Assembly: GCA_963727725.1 (NCBI GenBank)
Contig: CAVSHJ010000022.1
Coordinates: 2,008 to 66,007, forward strand
From: Thermodesulfovibrionales bacterium
GTDB taxonomy: Bacteria > Nitrospirota > Thermodesulfovibrionia > Thermodesulfovibrionales > SM23-35
DNA length: 64,000 nt
Direction: 5' to 3'
The notes beneath the pieces were generated by a model. The model was not told the origin of the DNA. It made no database searches and was given only the letters and a program-made list of their open reading frames with translations. A program made the translations under genes and the position numbers. Within the stretch, counting starts at the first letter, position 1. Each line of letters begins with the position of its first letter. Positions 10,196 to 21,591 of the stretch are shown piece after piece.

Positions 10196-10717
10196 ATGAT
10201 TACGAGGAGAGATTTCATGAAGGCATGTGTTGCCGCAGCCACTTTATTCCCTTTTAAGGATGTGTTCGCGTCCATGGGCGGAGAGAGGACACTCGACATG
10301 TATAATATCCATACGGGCGAACAGCTGAATATCAGGTATTGTTCATCAGGCGAATATAACCGTGATGCTCTCGATAGAATAAACCATTTCCTAAGGTGTC
10401 ATTATACGAATGAAGTGAAGGAGATAGACGTCGGAGTATTAGATCTCCTGTGTGATATAAGAGAGAGTATCGGTACAAAAAGAGAATTGCAAATAATATC
10501 GGGGTACCGCTCCCCGGAATATAATCAATACCTGGTGAGCCTCGGAAGGCATGTGAGCAGAAACAGCCTTCATCTCCAGGGGCTCGCCATAGACTTCGCA
10601 ATTGACGGGGTCAGCAATGAAAGACTCGCACGGCTTGCCAAGTCGTTTCGCGCAGGCGGTGTGGGGACATACGCGGACTTTGTCCATGTCGACGTCGGAA
10701 GGGTGCGCTACTGGTAG
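10196..10717 (+). CDS. YcbK/DUF882 family (peptidase M15-like) Tat-exported protein
   Basis: TRRDFMK Tat motif; ISGYRS, SLHLQGLAID, FVHVDVG. Confidence 0.9.
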   Translation: MITRRDFMKACVAAATLFPFKDVFASMGGERTLDMYNIHTGEQLNIRYCSSGEYNRDALDRINHFLRCHYTNEVKEIDVGVLDLLCDIRESIGTKRELQIISGYRSPEYNQYLVSLGRHVSRNSLHLQGLAIDFAIDGVSNERLARLAKSFRAGGVGTYADFVHVDVGRVRYW

Positions 10718-10773
10718 TCGTTTCGGACCCGGTTTTGTGTTGAGTCGCAGTCAGTTGAGCGATTTTGAGCGGC

Positions 10774-10905
10774 TTATTTTTTCTTCTTCTTTAACAGGTC
10801 CACTAATTCAGCGTGCATTTGTGTGACGCCTATCTTGCAGACTACGCAGATGCCATCCTCCTGACGGGTCGTGATATCGCATTTTATGCATTTATGAGTT
10901 TTCAC
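10774..10905 (-). CDS. Small 43-aa CxxC...CxxC (zinc-finger-like) protein, absent from the ORF track
   Basis: GTG at 10905 with AGGTGGGA upstream; MKTHKCIKCDITTRQEDGICVVCKIGVTQMHAELVDLLKKKKK*. Confidence 0.6.
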   Translation of the reverse strand: MKTHKCIKCDITTRQEDGICVVCKIGVTQMHAELVDLLKKKKK

Positions 10906-11083
10906 TCTCTTATCCCACCTTTCTGAAAAAGTTTAACTTTTGACTTTTCGAACGACGCGCCTATAACTTCGTTTCTCGCTTTCGTTACCCCTAACATACC
11001 TGAAAAATATTAAGAAATGATGAAGAGATTATGAAAAACCTGTGAAGAGATTTTCCCCTTATTATCGCTTTCTCAGTTACGTA

Positions 11084-12580
11084 TCAGAGGTCGCCCGGGA
11101 CACCTTTTTTTGCATCCCACCAACCGCCGCCGAGGGCAACGAAAAGCGCAACGGTATCCTGAAATCTCCGGGCAAGTGCCTCCAGATAAACGATTTTTGC
11201 CTGATGGAACTGATTGTCCGCAATCAGGACTTGCAGATAGTTGGCAGTGCCTGCTTCGTAATTTGTCTGTATTAAACGCAGTGCCTCATCCGCCGCAGCG
11301 AGCGCCTGTGACTGGGCATGGAGGGCCTCGGCGTCATGCTCCAGTGCGCGCAGATTGTCGGCCACCTGGGCAAAGGAGTTTAGGACCGTCTGCCGATAGT
11401 TGGCAAGAGTCTGATTGTAGCCCTCAATGGCAGATCGCCGCCTGGCCGTCAAAGTACCCCCGTGGAACAACGGCGCAGCGATATCTGCCCCGAGATTCCA
11501 GACGCTGCTCGTATTTTTGATGAGATCTTTGATGTGAGTACTGTTCCAGCCGTATGAACCATTGAGGGTGAAGCTCGGAAATAATGCGGCCGTGGCAACT
11601 CCGATGTCGGCGCTTGCGCCATGAAGCTGTGCTTCGGCCGCAAGTATGTCAGGACGCTGGTGTACAAAATCAGAGGGCAGGCTTAGCGGGAGGTCGGCGG
11701 GAAGGGTAAGGTCGGCCAAATCGACCTGCGGCGCATTCCATTCGGCCGGGAAGCGGTTGACCAGGGTTGCAAGCAGGTGCTCGGTCTGGGTCATCTTCTG
11801 CCTGAGCAATGGGAGCGTTGCTTCATTTGCGGCCAGTTGACTCTGAATACTTAGAACGTTCGAATACGGAACTATGCCCGCCTGCGCCTGTATCTCGGTG
11901 AGCCTGACCTGTTCCTTCTCCAGATTGATAATTTGCTCGGTGGCCTTGATTTCCGCGCCATAAGCGGCACGGGAGATAATAGTGTTCACAAAATTACCCG
12001 TGAGGGCGAGGTAAGTTCCCAGAACAATGTAGTGCTGAAAGTCCACCTGGGCTTTCAGACTCTCTACCTGGCGGCGCTCACCTCCAAAGATATCGAGGGC
12101 ATAGCTCACCGTAGAGGTAAGTGTATAAAGATTAAAGATCTTGCTCGCAGAAGTGCCGCCGAATCGGCTCTGGGAGAATTTCTGGCGTGTGGCATCGAAA
12201 CCCGCATCGATCTGGGGATAGAAGATTCCGTAACCTGCCCGCAGGTCTTCCTGGCTCTGGCGCAGACTTGCCTGCGCCGCCTTCAAATTCTGGTTGTTGG
12301 CGATAGCCTCCTCTATTGCGGCGTCAAGCTTTGCAGATTTGAAAAGGCGCCACCAGTCCGCTGCGATCTTTGCGCCCTGTTCGAATCGCTGGGCCTGGCC
12401 GTCTGCAGAGGTCGTCGCGGCAGGCTCCGGACCGGAAGTATAACGATCTACAGCGGGCGCTTTTGGTCGGACGAAGTCAGGGCCCACGGCGCAACTAATC
12501 AGGCAGAGAAAAGCTGATATACAAAGTCCCGTGAATATCAACCTTTCTGTTTTATTGATAATCTTGCAGTTAATCATCAC
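11084..12580 (-). CDS. NodT/OprM-family outer membrane efflux lipoprotein
   Basis: CAVGPDFVRP lipobox, WWRLF, RPDILAAE, ALGGGW. Confidence 0.9.
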   Translation of the reverse strand: MMINCKIINKTERLIFTGLCISAFLCLISCAVGPDFVRPKAPAVDRYTSGPEPAATTSADGQAQRFEQGAKIAADWWRLFKSAKLDAAIEEAIANNQNLKAAQASLRQSQEDLRAGYGIFYPQIDAGFDATRQKFSQSRFGGTSASKIFNLYTLTSTVSYALDIFGGERRQVESLKAQVDFQHYIVLGTYLALTGNFVNTIISRAAYGAEIKATEQIINLEKEQVRLTEIQAQAGIVPYSNVLSIQSQLAANEATLPLLRQKMTQTEHLLATLVNRFPAEWNAPQVDLADLTLPADLPLSLPSDFVHQRPDILAAEAQLHGASADIGVATAALFPSFTLNGSYGWNSTHIKDLIKNTSSVWNLGADIAAPLFHGGTLTARRRSAIEGYNQTLANYRQTVLNSFAQVADNLRALEHDAEALHAQSQALAAADEALRLIQTNYEAGTANYLQVLIADNQFHQAKIVYLEALARRFQDTVALFVALGGGWWDAKKGVPGDL

Positions 12581-13681
12581 GGTTTCTTTGCCGCCCCGCC
12601 TTCCTCAATATAGACATCTACAAGTTGGCCGGGATAGAGATAGACATCCTTCGGCCTCTGAAACCGGAAAATTACCGGCAAAACCCTTACATCCACTCTT
12701 TCGGTTCTCTGATTGGACAATTCAATCTTGGGGGATACATAGGGCTGTATCCGGACGTATTCCAGACGGAATATTGATTTTCGTGCCCCGAATGAACATC
12801 TGTGCGTGCATCTGTGAGGCATGAGGCAGTCTGTGTATGAGTATTTCATCTATATAACATCTCACCTGAATGTAGGTCTGCGGACTACCCATGACCATAG
12901 CGGGGTTATAGCTTTCCGTATAGGTGCCATATGCCCCTTGCGAAGATATATAACTGCCTACAGCGGACTTTATCGATAAGATTACCCCATCCTGCGGAGC
13001 TCTTATGATGTACTTGGCCAGGAGCGCATTTGAAGATATGAAAGCCTTTGACAGGGCATTATATTGTTTTTCCTGGTTTCTTATATCATAGACCCAGGCC
13101 CCGGCTTTGGTGAGTTCGTACTGCCTGCGAACAACCTCTAGATTTGCTTTTGCCACTTTTACGGCATTCTCGGCGTTATCCAGATCGTTCTTGCTGACCG
13201 ATTTCGGGTTCATTTCATAAGACTTCCTTTGCTTGTCCAGCTGGTCCTGCGCACTTTTGAGGCTTGCACTGGCAAAATCTACCTGGGCCTTTGCAACCTC
13301 CAGATTCTCTTTCCTTGGTTCGGCTTTCAGCTCTTCCAGTAGAGCAAGGGCTGCTTCTGCCTGGGACTTCAACTGCTCGGTAGTCGCCCTTTGAACTGAA
13401 TCGTCCATCATAAGGAGCGGAGTTCCTTCGCGTACGGATTGTCCTTCGGCGACCAGGATCCTTGTGACAACGCCCGATACCTCAGGGTAAATGTTTATAT
13501 TTTCTCCATTCGTCTGATAGCTTTCTACGATGCCGACTGAATAGATGCCCTTTGAATAGGGATTCGAGGCAGGGCTAAAGACGGGAGGCTGCGGCTTTTT
13601 TTGCATGCCGTAGATATACGCGCTGACCAAACCCGCTAAAATACCTATGATCGAAAGAGAAAATAATATTTTATTCCTCAC
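12577..13681 (-). CDS. HlyD-family membrane fusion protein, frameshift near 12770
   Basis: ORF 12722..13681 (lipoyl halves, coiled coil) continues in 12577..12849 (PYVSPK..TERVDVRVLPV..PGQLVDVYI). Confidence 0.85.
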
Positions 13682-14375
13682 CTGGCCCTCCTTTTACGAC
13701 TCCTTTAATCTTTCCGTCCTCCATCTTCATTATTCTGTCGGCGTATTCAAATATCCTGCTGTCATGGGTGACAATCAGGATACATTTCTTTTCGTTCAGT
13801 ATGTTTTTCTTTACAAAATCCACAATTCTCCTTCCCGTATCACCGTCCAGGGAAGCGGTAGGCTCATCGAAGATGAGAATATCGGGACGGCTGGCGATTG
13901 CTCTTGCGATCGCCACCCTTTGCTGCTCTCCGCCGCTTAATTTGACCGGGGTAAGGTGTGCCCTTTCCTTGAGGCCTACTATTTCCAGGTACTCCATGGC
14001 CATGTTCATAGATTCATTCCATTCGACCTTTTTCAGGATCAGGGGGATGGCTACGTTTTCGACAGTGGTCAGTCTTGGGAAAAGATGATAATCCTGAAAT
14101 ACGAAGCCGACTGTGTGCAATCTGAAATCGGCGATCTGGTCGCTCGTCAAGCTCCAGATTTCCTTATCCTCCACCAGTACTGCGCCTTCGTTCGGCCTCA
14201 GTATTCCCGAGATCATACTCAACAATGTCGTCTTGCCGCTCCCTGACGGGCCCTCGATGTAAAGCATCTCCCCGAAGTAGGCTTCAAAGCTTACGCCTCT
14301 CACCGCGTAAGTCTTTGCTTCTCCCGCTCCAAACCATTTGACCAGTTCATTTGCTCTTATCGCCAGATTGGTCAT
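13671..14375 (-). CDS. ABC transporter ATP-binding protein (MacB/LolD/DevA type)
   Basis: [30 protein letters not shown]. Confidence 0.95.
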   Translation of the reverse strand: MTNLAIRANELVKWFGAGEAKTYAVRGVSFEAYFGEMLYIEGPSGSGKTTLLSMISGILRPNEGAVLVEDKEIWSLTSDQIADFRLHTVGFVFQDYHLFPRLTTVENVAIPLILKKVEWNESMNMAMEYLEIVGLKERAHLTPVKLSGGEQQRVAIARAIASRPDILIFDEPTASLDGDTGRRIVDFVKKNILNEKKCILIVTHDSRIFEYADRIMKMEDGKIKGVVKGGPGEE

Positions 14376-14376
14376 A

Positions 14377-15532
14377 TTAGCCTCTGAAAATGTCGAAGGG
14401 CTCTATCTTGATCACTTTTCTAACTCCGATATAACTCGAAATTCCGGCTATTATCAGCACCATGATAAAAGCGAAACCCAGATTCGGATAGGCTATTTTG
14501 GCTGCGTAGCTCGGCAATCTGAGTTTTGCCACGGCTACCAGGAGTGAAGCTAATCCGATACCAAGGCCGTAACCGGTGAGAGCCGTGAAAGTCGCCTGGA
14601 AAAGTATCATGTATACGAGTTCACTTCCCTTGGCTCCGATCGCCTTTAAGGCCCCGAATTTTTCGAGATTCTCCAGAATAAATGTATAGAAAGTCTGCCC
14701 TGAAATAGATAGGCCTACGATAAAACTTATTATGGTCATCAACAGAACATTAGTTCCGACGCCTGTCTGATATTTATAGAAATTGGAAATTCTCTGCTTG
14801 AATTCATCTGCTGTCAATGCCACATACCCAAGCGACGCCACTTGCTGTTTAATGTATTGCACTGCTTCGACTGTTCTTGGGCTCCACGAGAATGTATGAA
14901 ATAGTGAATCTCGTGGAAGGTATGTACTGAATGGCTCTGTTATATGTTGTGTAAAGAGTGGGAATTCCAAATAATCCGCTCGTAGTGACTCTGGCGATGC
15001 CTACAACGACTCCCCGGTGGTCATTTAGCTCGAATTCCGTACCGAGTTTTGGATTATCAAGTTTGGGAAATTCCGAATCCTTAACTACAATAAAAGCGTT
15101 ATCCGCATAGATGTCGGCAATGTTTCCTTCAATGAGTTCGGGTCTGCCGAACAGGCTTGTATCATCCAGCCCCAGGACGGTCACCGATTGATAGACCCCG
15201 CTTGGCAGCTTCACAAGGGCGCCGCCCGAATATAAAGGCACCGCATACTTGACCCCATTGATGCTCCGCACTGCATCTAAAACATAATCAGGCATCGGTA
15301 TGCTATTTTGGACGGTATTTACCGCCGGGTCCATAACCCAAATTTTGGCTCCTATGTTTATTACTGTTGAAGACGATTTGTACAGAATACCTGCAAACAT
15401 CGATGTCATCATGACCATCAAGAAGACCGCAAATGTTATCCCGACAAGCAGCGCGGCAAATTTCCCCTTGTCGTTTACCAGTAATTTATATGCGAGTTTC
15501 AGGATTCCTTTCATAGCTGCTCTCCCTTTCAC
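14377..15532 (-). CDS. ABC transporter permease (FtsX/DevC type), frameshift near 14880
   Basis: ORFs 14849..15532 and 14377..14970 (FGALKAIGA..IEPFDIFRG) join into one permease. Confidence 0.85.
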
Positions 15533-15560
15533 CCTACTACAAATCCATTATAGTCTTCGT

Positions 15561-16790
15561 CTATTCATATCTCAAAGCGTCTATCGGATCAAGGAGAGAG
15601 GCCTTGTAGGCGGGATAGAATCCGAAGAATATCCCTACCATCCCTGAAAAACCGAAGGCGAGCAGAATTGATAAGGGCGATACAACAGTGGTCCAGCCCG
15701 CAAGCGCCGATATCAATTCTGAAGTGGAAACGCCCGCAATGATTCCGGCTACTCCGCCGATTAATGACAATGTGAGTGCCTCAATTATGAACTGCAGCCT
15801 TATGTCCCACGTTTTTGCACCTATGGCCATCCTTATCCCTATCTCTCTTGTTCTCTCGGTAACCGACACGAGCATTATATTCATAATTCCGATACCTCCG
15901 ACAAGGAGGGAAACCGACGCAATGGCTCCGAGTAACAGGGTCATTACCTTTGTTGACTGTTCCGCCGTCTGCATTATCTGGGTAAGATTTCTCACAGTGA
16001 AGTCATTGTCTTGTTTGGGACCGATGTGGTGCCTCTGTCTGAGCAGTTCGTTTATCTGTCTTTCCGCAGGCGCAAGGTCCTCTGTACTCTTGGCCTTTAC
16101 CATCATTATCCTGATCATCCCCGGGAAGGAAGTCCCGAAAAGTTTTTTTTGTGCTGTTGTGACCGGCACATAGATAGTATCGTCCTGGTCCTGTCCCTGC
16201 GCGGACTGTCCTTTCGGTGCAAGGACGCCTATTACTACAAAAGGAACATTCTTAATCCTGATAAATTGTCCCACGGGGTTCATGTCTCCAAAAAGGTTGT
16301 CAACAACAGTCTGCCCCAATAGACAGACCTTTGTTGCACTCTTGACATCCTGGTCGGTAAAGGATCTGCCGGATGCAAGCGGCCAGTCTCTTACAACCAG
16401 CATACTCGGGGTTGTCCCGATAATACCCGTAGACCAGTTCTGGTGTCCATAGACGACCTGGGCAACTCCGTTGAGAACAGGCGCAACATCCGAGACGGAC
16501 GGGCATTCTCTCTTGATAGCGTCGGCATCTCCCATCGTAAGAGTAGGTTGGGTGCCGGCGCCCATTCTCACACCTCCCGCGGTAGTGGAACCCGGAAGAA
16601 CGATAAGAAGGTTGCTCCCCATGCTTGCAATCTGCTCAGAGATTCTCCTGCTTGCTCCTGTACCTACTGCGAGCATTGTGATAACAGCTCCAACGCCGAT
16701 AATAATTCCTAACATCGTCAGGGCTGAACGCATCTTGTTTACCTTTAAGGCCCTGAATGATATCCGAAATGTTGAAGGTATGTTAATCAT
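15561..16790 (-). CDS. MacB-family ABC permease
   Basis: RSALTMLGIIIGV, GGIGIMNIMLVSVTERTREIGIRMAIGA, LDPIDALRYE. Confidence 0.95.
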   Translation of the reverse strand: MINIPSTFRISFRALKVNKMRSALTMLGIIIGVGAVITMLAVGTGASRRISEQIASMGSNLLIVLPGSTTAGGVRMGAGTQPTLTMGDADAIKRECPSVSDVAPVLNGVAQVVYGHQNWSTGIIGTTPSMLVVRDWPLASGRSFTDQDVKSATKVCLLGQTVVDNLFGDMNPVGQFIRIKNVPFVVIGVLAPKGQSAQGQDQDDTIYVPVTTAQKKLFGTSFPGMIRIMMVKAKSTEDLAPAERQINELLRQRHHIGPKQDNDFTVRNLTQIMQTAEQSTKVMTLLLGAIASVSLLVGGIGIMNIMLVSVTERTREIGIRMAIGAKTWDIRLQFIIEALTLSLIGGVAGIIAGVSTSELISALAGWTTVVSPLSILLAFGFSGMVGIFFGFYPAYKASLLDPIDALRYE

Positions 16791-17479
16791 GATTTTACTA
16801 CCTGTTCATCACTGATGATACGTCCGTCCAGGAATTTAATTATCCGTCTGCTGTAGGCGGCTATGTCATTTTCATGAGTTACAAGTATTATCGTAATGTT
16901 TGACTGACTATTTAGTCTGACGAATATCTCCATTATCTCTGCGCTCGTTTTTGTGTCGAGATTTCCGGTCGGTTCATCCGCGAGTATTATCGGCGCGTTG
17001 TTCACCAGTGCCCGTGCTATTGCGACCCTCTGCTGCTGGCCGCCTGAAAGCTGGTTGGGATGATGGTCCCCCCTGCCTTCCAGTCCGACGTCTTTCAGTG
17101 CTTCCAGCGCCTTATCCCTTCTCTCTTTCGCAGGGACGCCATCATAGAGCATCGGAAGTTCGACGTTTTCGACGGCGGATGTCCTGGGAAGAAGATTGAA
17201 TCCCTGGAAAACAAAACCTATTTTTTTGTTCCTTATGGCCGCAAGTTCATCCCTTTCGAGATCACCGATATCAACATTTTCCAGTAAATACTCGCCGCTA
17301 GTCGGCTTATCAAGACATCCCAGTATATTCATAAAAGTCGATTTACCGGAACCGGAAGGACCCATCACCGCGACAAATTCACCTTTTTCTATTGTCAGAG
17401 ATACGCCTCTGAGCGCCTTTAGATCTATGTCGCCGAGCCTGTATATTTTTGAGATGTCCTTTGCTTCAACAATTGGCAT
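16787..17479 (-). CDS. MacB-type ABC ATP-binding protein
   Basis: [32 protein letters not shown]. Confidence 0.95.
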   Translation of the reverse strand: MPIVEAKDISKIYRLGDIDLKALRGVSLTIEKGEFVAVMGPSGSGKSTFMNILGCLDKPTSGEYLLENVDIGDLERDELAAIRNKKIGFVFQGFNLLPRTSAVENVELPMLYDGVPAKERRDKALEALKDVGLEGRGDHHPNQLSGGQQQRVAIARALVNNAPIILADEPTGNLDTKTSAEIMEIFVRLNSQSNITIILVTHENDIAAYSRRIIKFLDGRIISDEQVVKS

Positions 17480-17480
17480 A

Positions 17481-18635
17481 CTAGAACATTCTCGGGCCTG
17501 TGCGCGGAGACTCTTTTGACTTCGCGAGAGATTCGACTATGAGTTGCTGTCCTTCGCTCAGTCCCCCGGATACAAGCTCCGTATAACTGCCGTCACTTAT
17601 ACCGGTGGTAATCGGCACACGTCTCGGTTTCCCCTGTTCGAGTATCCAGACTGCAGAACCTTTCTGCTGGGCAGTGGTCTTGCCCTTCTCGGGCGGCCTG
17701 AATCTCAGGGCAGCGTTCGGTATCCTGAGAGCGTCTTTCTTTATCGATATGATTATTGACACATTGGCCGTCATGCCGGGTTTAAGTTTAAGTTCGGGAT
17801 TATTCACCTGAATAACCACATCATAGGTTACAACGTTCTGTACCGTTATCGGCGAATTCCTGACCTGCCACACCTTGCCTTTAAAAGTAATGTCGGGATA
17901 AGCGTCTACGGTAAATTCGACGTCCTCTCCGACTTTCACATTTCCGATGTCCGCCTCTGCCACATTCGTATCGATCTGCATTTTTGTGAGGTCCTGTGCG
18001 ATACTGAACAGCGTCGGCGTCTGGAAGCTGGCGGCGACGGTCTGACCCACATCCACATTTCTCGAAACGACAATCCCGTCTACCGGAGATATTATCTTCG
18101 TATAGAAAAGATTTGTTTCGGCCGAACTGAGGGCCGCCTCGCTCTGCTTAACCTGTGCTTGCGCTGCACTTACCGAAGCTTTTGCAGTCTCATAGTTCGT
18201 TTCTGCCGTATCGAAATCGCTCTGTGCAATGAGGTTCTTCGAGACAAGTTCTTTATTCCTCTCCATTGTCCTTTTTGCATCGACCTCCGATGCATCGGCC
18301 TTTTCGAGATTTGCCTTGGCGGAAAGGAGATTCGCTCTTGCCTGATTTACCTGGGCCTCAAACAGGGCAGGGTCTATCTGTGCTATGAGCTGGCCCTTCT
18401 TTACCGGGGAATTGAAATCCACGTATATATTCTTTATAGTGCCTGATACCTGCGTTCCGACAAGGACGGTGGTCACAGGGTTTACCGTACCTGTGGCAGT
18501 GACCGCCATTTCTATATCGCCTCTCGTAATCTTATCAAACCGGAACTTCGGCTCATTTCCATTACCCCTGAAGATAAGAAAAGCGGCAACAGCAATGACG
18601 ATAACGACTATGCTGCTAATCAATATTTTCTTCAT
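17481..18635 (-). CDS. MacA-family periplasmic adaptor subunit
   Basis: VGTQVSGTI, GQTVAASFQTPTLF, EADIG, LKPGMTANV. Confidence 0.9.
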   Translation of the reverse strand: MKKILISSIVVIVIAVAAFLIFRGNGNEPKFRFDKITRGDIEMAVTATGTVNPVTTVLVGTQVSGTIKNIYVDFNSPVKKGQLIAQIDPALFEAQVNQARANLLSAKANLEKADASEVDAKRTMERNKELVSKNLIAQSDFDTAETNYETAKASVSAAQAQVKQSEAALSSAETNLFYTKIISPVDGIVVSRNVDVGQTVAASFQTPTLFSIAQDLTKMQIDTNVAEADIGNVKVGEDVEFTVDAYPDITFKGKVWQVRNSPITVQNVVTYDVVIQVNNPELKLKPGMTANVSIIISIKKDALRIPNAALRFRPPEKGKTTAQQKGSAVWILEQGKPRRVPITTGISDGSYTELVSGGLSEGQQLIVESLAKSKESPRTGPRMF

Positions 18636-20054
18636 CTCAACCCCATCGCTTTCTCAAGGGCGGCCTGAGCGACCTTGTCGGCATAGAGGGCCTGAATATA
18701 GGAGGTCCTTGAATTCGCAAGACCCACCTCCGCATCTGTCACCTCGATTGGATTCCCTACGCCCGCTTTGTATCTGCCGTTTGCAATGTCCAGGTTCTCC
18801 TGCGACTGCTCTACTCCGAGTTTTGCAGTGGGAATCGCCTCTTCCGCCGCCCTCAGTGTCAGATATGCCTGCTGCACATCCTGGAATATCGTCTGTCTCA
18901 GTGACTCTTCATTTGCCTTTAGGATCTCCAGGTTAGCTTTCGACTCTTCCACCTGGTATTTTGTCAGAAATCCGCTGAACAACGGAAATGTCAGGGCTGC
19001 ACCCACATCCCAGCCATGGTCAAGCGATGAAAGCTTCTCACCGGACCAGCTGTAGGACGCGCTCCCGGTCAAGACAGGATAGTAACCTGTCCTTGCAAGT
19101 TCGATGGACCTCTCAGCTGCCTGCCTCTTTGAAACGATCGACTTCAGATCAGGTCTGTTCTGATATGCCTTTGTCAGTGCGTCCTCCAGGGTTATCTCAT
19201 ATCTGGCAAAAGGCATATTCTCATCAATAGTGTATTCGGGCGCATCCGGAATACCCATGGCGTTATTGAGGTTTACTATCGATATCTTTAAGGCATTTTC
19301 ACTCCTTATCAGGTTGAGCTTTGCGTTGCTTAAGTCGACTTCGGCCTTTATCACGTCGAATTTCGGGTGTGTGCCTACTTCATAAAAGCCCTTTGCCTGG
19401 TCAAGGTGCTGACCGGTCTGCTTCACTGTGTCTTCTGCAACAAGTACATTGTATTTCGCCTGTACCACTCCGTAATAGGCCTGTTTGACTGTAAGGATTA
19501 TCTGATCTGTGGTATTCTGGAGGTCCGAACGGGAGGAATCGAGGTTGAGGTTCTGGATCTTTACCTGTGAAGGTGTTTTCCCAAAATCGTAGATCAGCTG
19601 GCTCAGACCAAAACCGGTGGAGTACTCGTCAAATGAACCGCTTGTCCCGCCGGATGAAATTGTTCCGCCGGATGAACCCGTCGTGCCGGTTGAAGACACA
19701 AAGTTTCTGTTTGATGCAGGATACTCTGTTATAGCTCGAAGACCAGTCTATCTGGGGGTAATAATTAGATTTAGCCTCGCCCACACGGCTCGCATTAACA
19801 CCTACATTGCCGACCGCAGCTGCAATGCTCGGCTGTTTCTTCAGCGCAATCTCTATGCACCTCTCCAGGTTCAGAGATTCCCCTTTCTTGATAATGTCCT
19901 GGGCGATGGCGTGGGTGGGAAGGATGCAGAGGAAAAATGCTGCGAGAAGGGCGATCTGTTGGATAGTGATTTCGCGTAATCTTCGCAGGTTGACATATGT
20001 TGTGTTGAGTTTCACCTTTTTGCAGGGCAATTGTTTGCTTCCTCCTTTGAGCAT
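18632..20054 (-). CDS. TolC-family outer membrane protein, frameshift near 19720
   Basis: N-terminal part in 19629..20054 (signal, LNLERCIEIAL) and C-terminal part in 18632..19699 (RYKAGVGNPIEVTDA); start uncertain. Confidence 0.85.
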
Positions 20055-20258
20055 GACTTTCTCGTACTGAACAAGTGTTCACGTGAACACTATGTTCAGT
20101 ATAAGCCAAGTATTGATTTTATGTCAATAAGAATATGCACTGGAATTGACGCCATAACGCTATATTGCTATAGACGTCTCATTCACGAAACAGGTTACAA
20201 TTATGGCAGACATAGCATTTTCGCTCTCCGTCTTATACGGCCTCGCCCGCTCAATAGC

Positions 20259-20498
20259 TCACCTCACGCGTCTGTGCCATGCATTCGTTCTTTCATCCAG
20301 ATATATTTTGTGAATAAAACCGTCACTGCCCCTGACTTTGAAGAACCTCCGTCTTGTCCTGTCACTCAATCTTTCCTCTATCCATGTGTCGAGTACTTCG
20401 GTTATCTCAATTTTCCTGTCATCCAGGAAAAAAGCTCTCGGCGTCTCTTCGGCCCTACAGCCCGAATAGGACATTACCCTTATTCTCTCGTCAGTCAT
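20259..20498 (-). CDS. Small hypothetical protein
   Basis: 79-aa ORF overlapping the peptidase stop; YSG..AEETPRAF...W.. Confidence 0.6.
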   Translation of the reverse strand: MTDERIRVMSYSGCRAEETPRAFFLDDRKIEITEVLDTWIEERLSDRTRRRFFKVRGSDGFIHKIYLDERTNAWHRRVR

Positions 20499-21462
20499 GG
20501 CTCTTATACATTGCCGTATCCAGTATTGCGGCGATTGTGGCCTTAGTCACGTGGGTAATAAATGCGAAGTCGAGCGTCTCACTCCTGTCATGGTAAGTGT
20601 GGTAGTGAGGGTTTCTGAACATGGCTGTGTCGGTCAGCATTAACGCCGGATATCCATAGTTCCAGAACGAAGCATGATCACTGAACCGCGTTTCAGGGGT
20701 GATGCGACCGGACAGGGGAACGTTATAAGGCACTACACTGAGTTCCGGAACATATCGACCGGCCGTAAAGCAGAAAGAATCCATAATGTCTTTGGATCTC
20801 CGGTTTGCAACAACACCGAGGAAATTGCCTTTTTTCGGCAGCGGGATCCTGACGAAGAAGGGAACGATCTGACTCCCCTCCGAGTCGTCCGTGTATCCGA
20901 CAGATTCAAGGATATAAACAGCTGCGTATTTTCTCTTCAATCTCTTTGCCTGACTTGCAAAAAAATTGCTCCCTATCAGGAAATGAATTGTTTGCGGCTG
21001 GGGCTCTTCAAGGGTGAAAGCGACAAACTGAATGGTCCTGTTCAGTTTTCGACTGCTGAGGATATTTGCCGCTTCGAGCAAGGCAGCTGTTCCGCTGGCA
21101 TTGTCGTCGGCGCCCGGACTTCCCCACGCAGCGTCATAATGGGCGCCGAGAAGTATCCATTCCTTCTCCTTATCCTCACCTTGCATGGTAGCTATGACGT
21201 TATGGTAAGTTCTGCCATGGAAAGACACTTCCTGATTCTCCACTTCAAGATCAAGGGAACGCAGGGTCTCCTCAATAAATCCGCTTCTCTCCTTTAGGGA
21301 ATTGTAATTTTCCCACCCATGGCGCAATCCTTCTATTCGCTTCACATACTCAATGAGCCTTTCTGTCCTTACATCCGAAAGTATATCGCTTATACCGGCT
21401 GACATTCTTACCTCAATGCTTCCATCTCTGTGTCCCTCGCATGGCGGGAACAAATTCCGCAC
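20491..21462 (-). CDS. M28-family metallopeptidase
   Basis: GAHYD, PGADDNASG, LEE, SDHASF, YHT..D. Confidence 0.9.
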   Translation of the reverse strand: MRNLFPPCEGHRDGSIEVRMSAGISDILSDVRTERLIEYVKRIEGLRHGWENYNSLKERSGFIEETLRSLDLEVENQEVSFHGRTYHNVIATMQGEDKEKEWILLGAHYDAAWGSPGADDNASGTAALLEAANILSSRKLNRTIQFVAFTLEEPQPQTIHFLIGSNFFASQAKRLKRKYAAVYILESVGYTDDSEGSQIVPFFVRIPLPKKGNFLGVVANRRSKDIMDSFCFTAGRYVPELSVVPYNVPLSGRITPETRFSDHASFWNYGYPALMLTDTAMFRNPHYHTYHDRSETLDFAFITHVTKATIAAILDTAMYKSHD

Positions 21463-21591
21463 TTACATTAGAATGACACCCTCTTTTTGTCAATCGGGAT
21501 ACAATTCGTCTTCTTTACTTCGATAAAAATATCATCGTATAATACTTATCCGGCTTTGCGAGAATATTCGTAAAATGAAAGGTGATGCGCT

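Noticed and set aside
19629-19699. Short CCGCCGGATGAA repeat
   Set aside because: Encodes a Ser/Gly/Thr-rich loop inside the TolC protein
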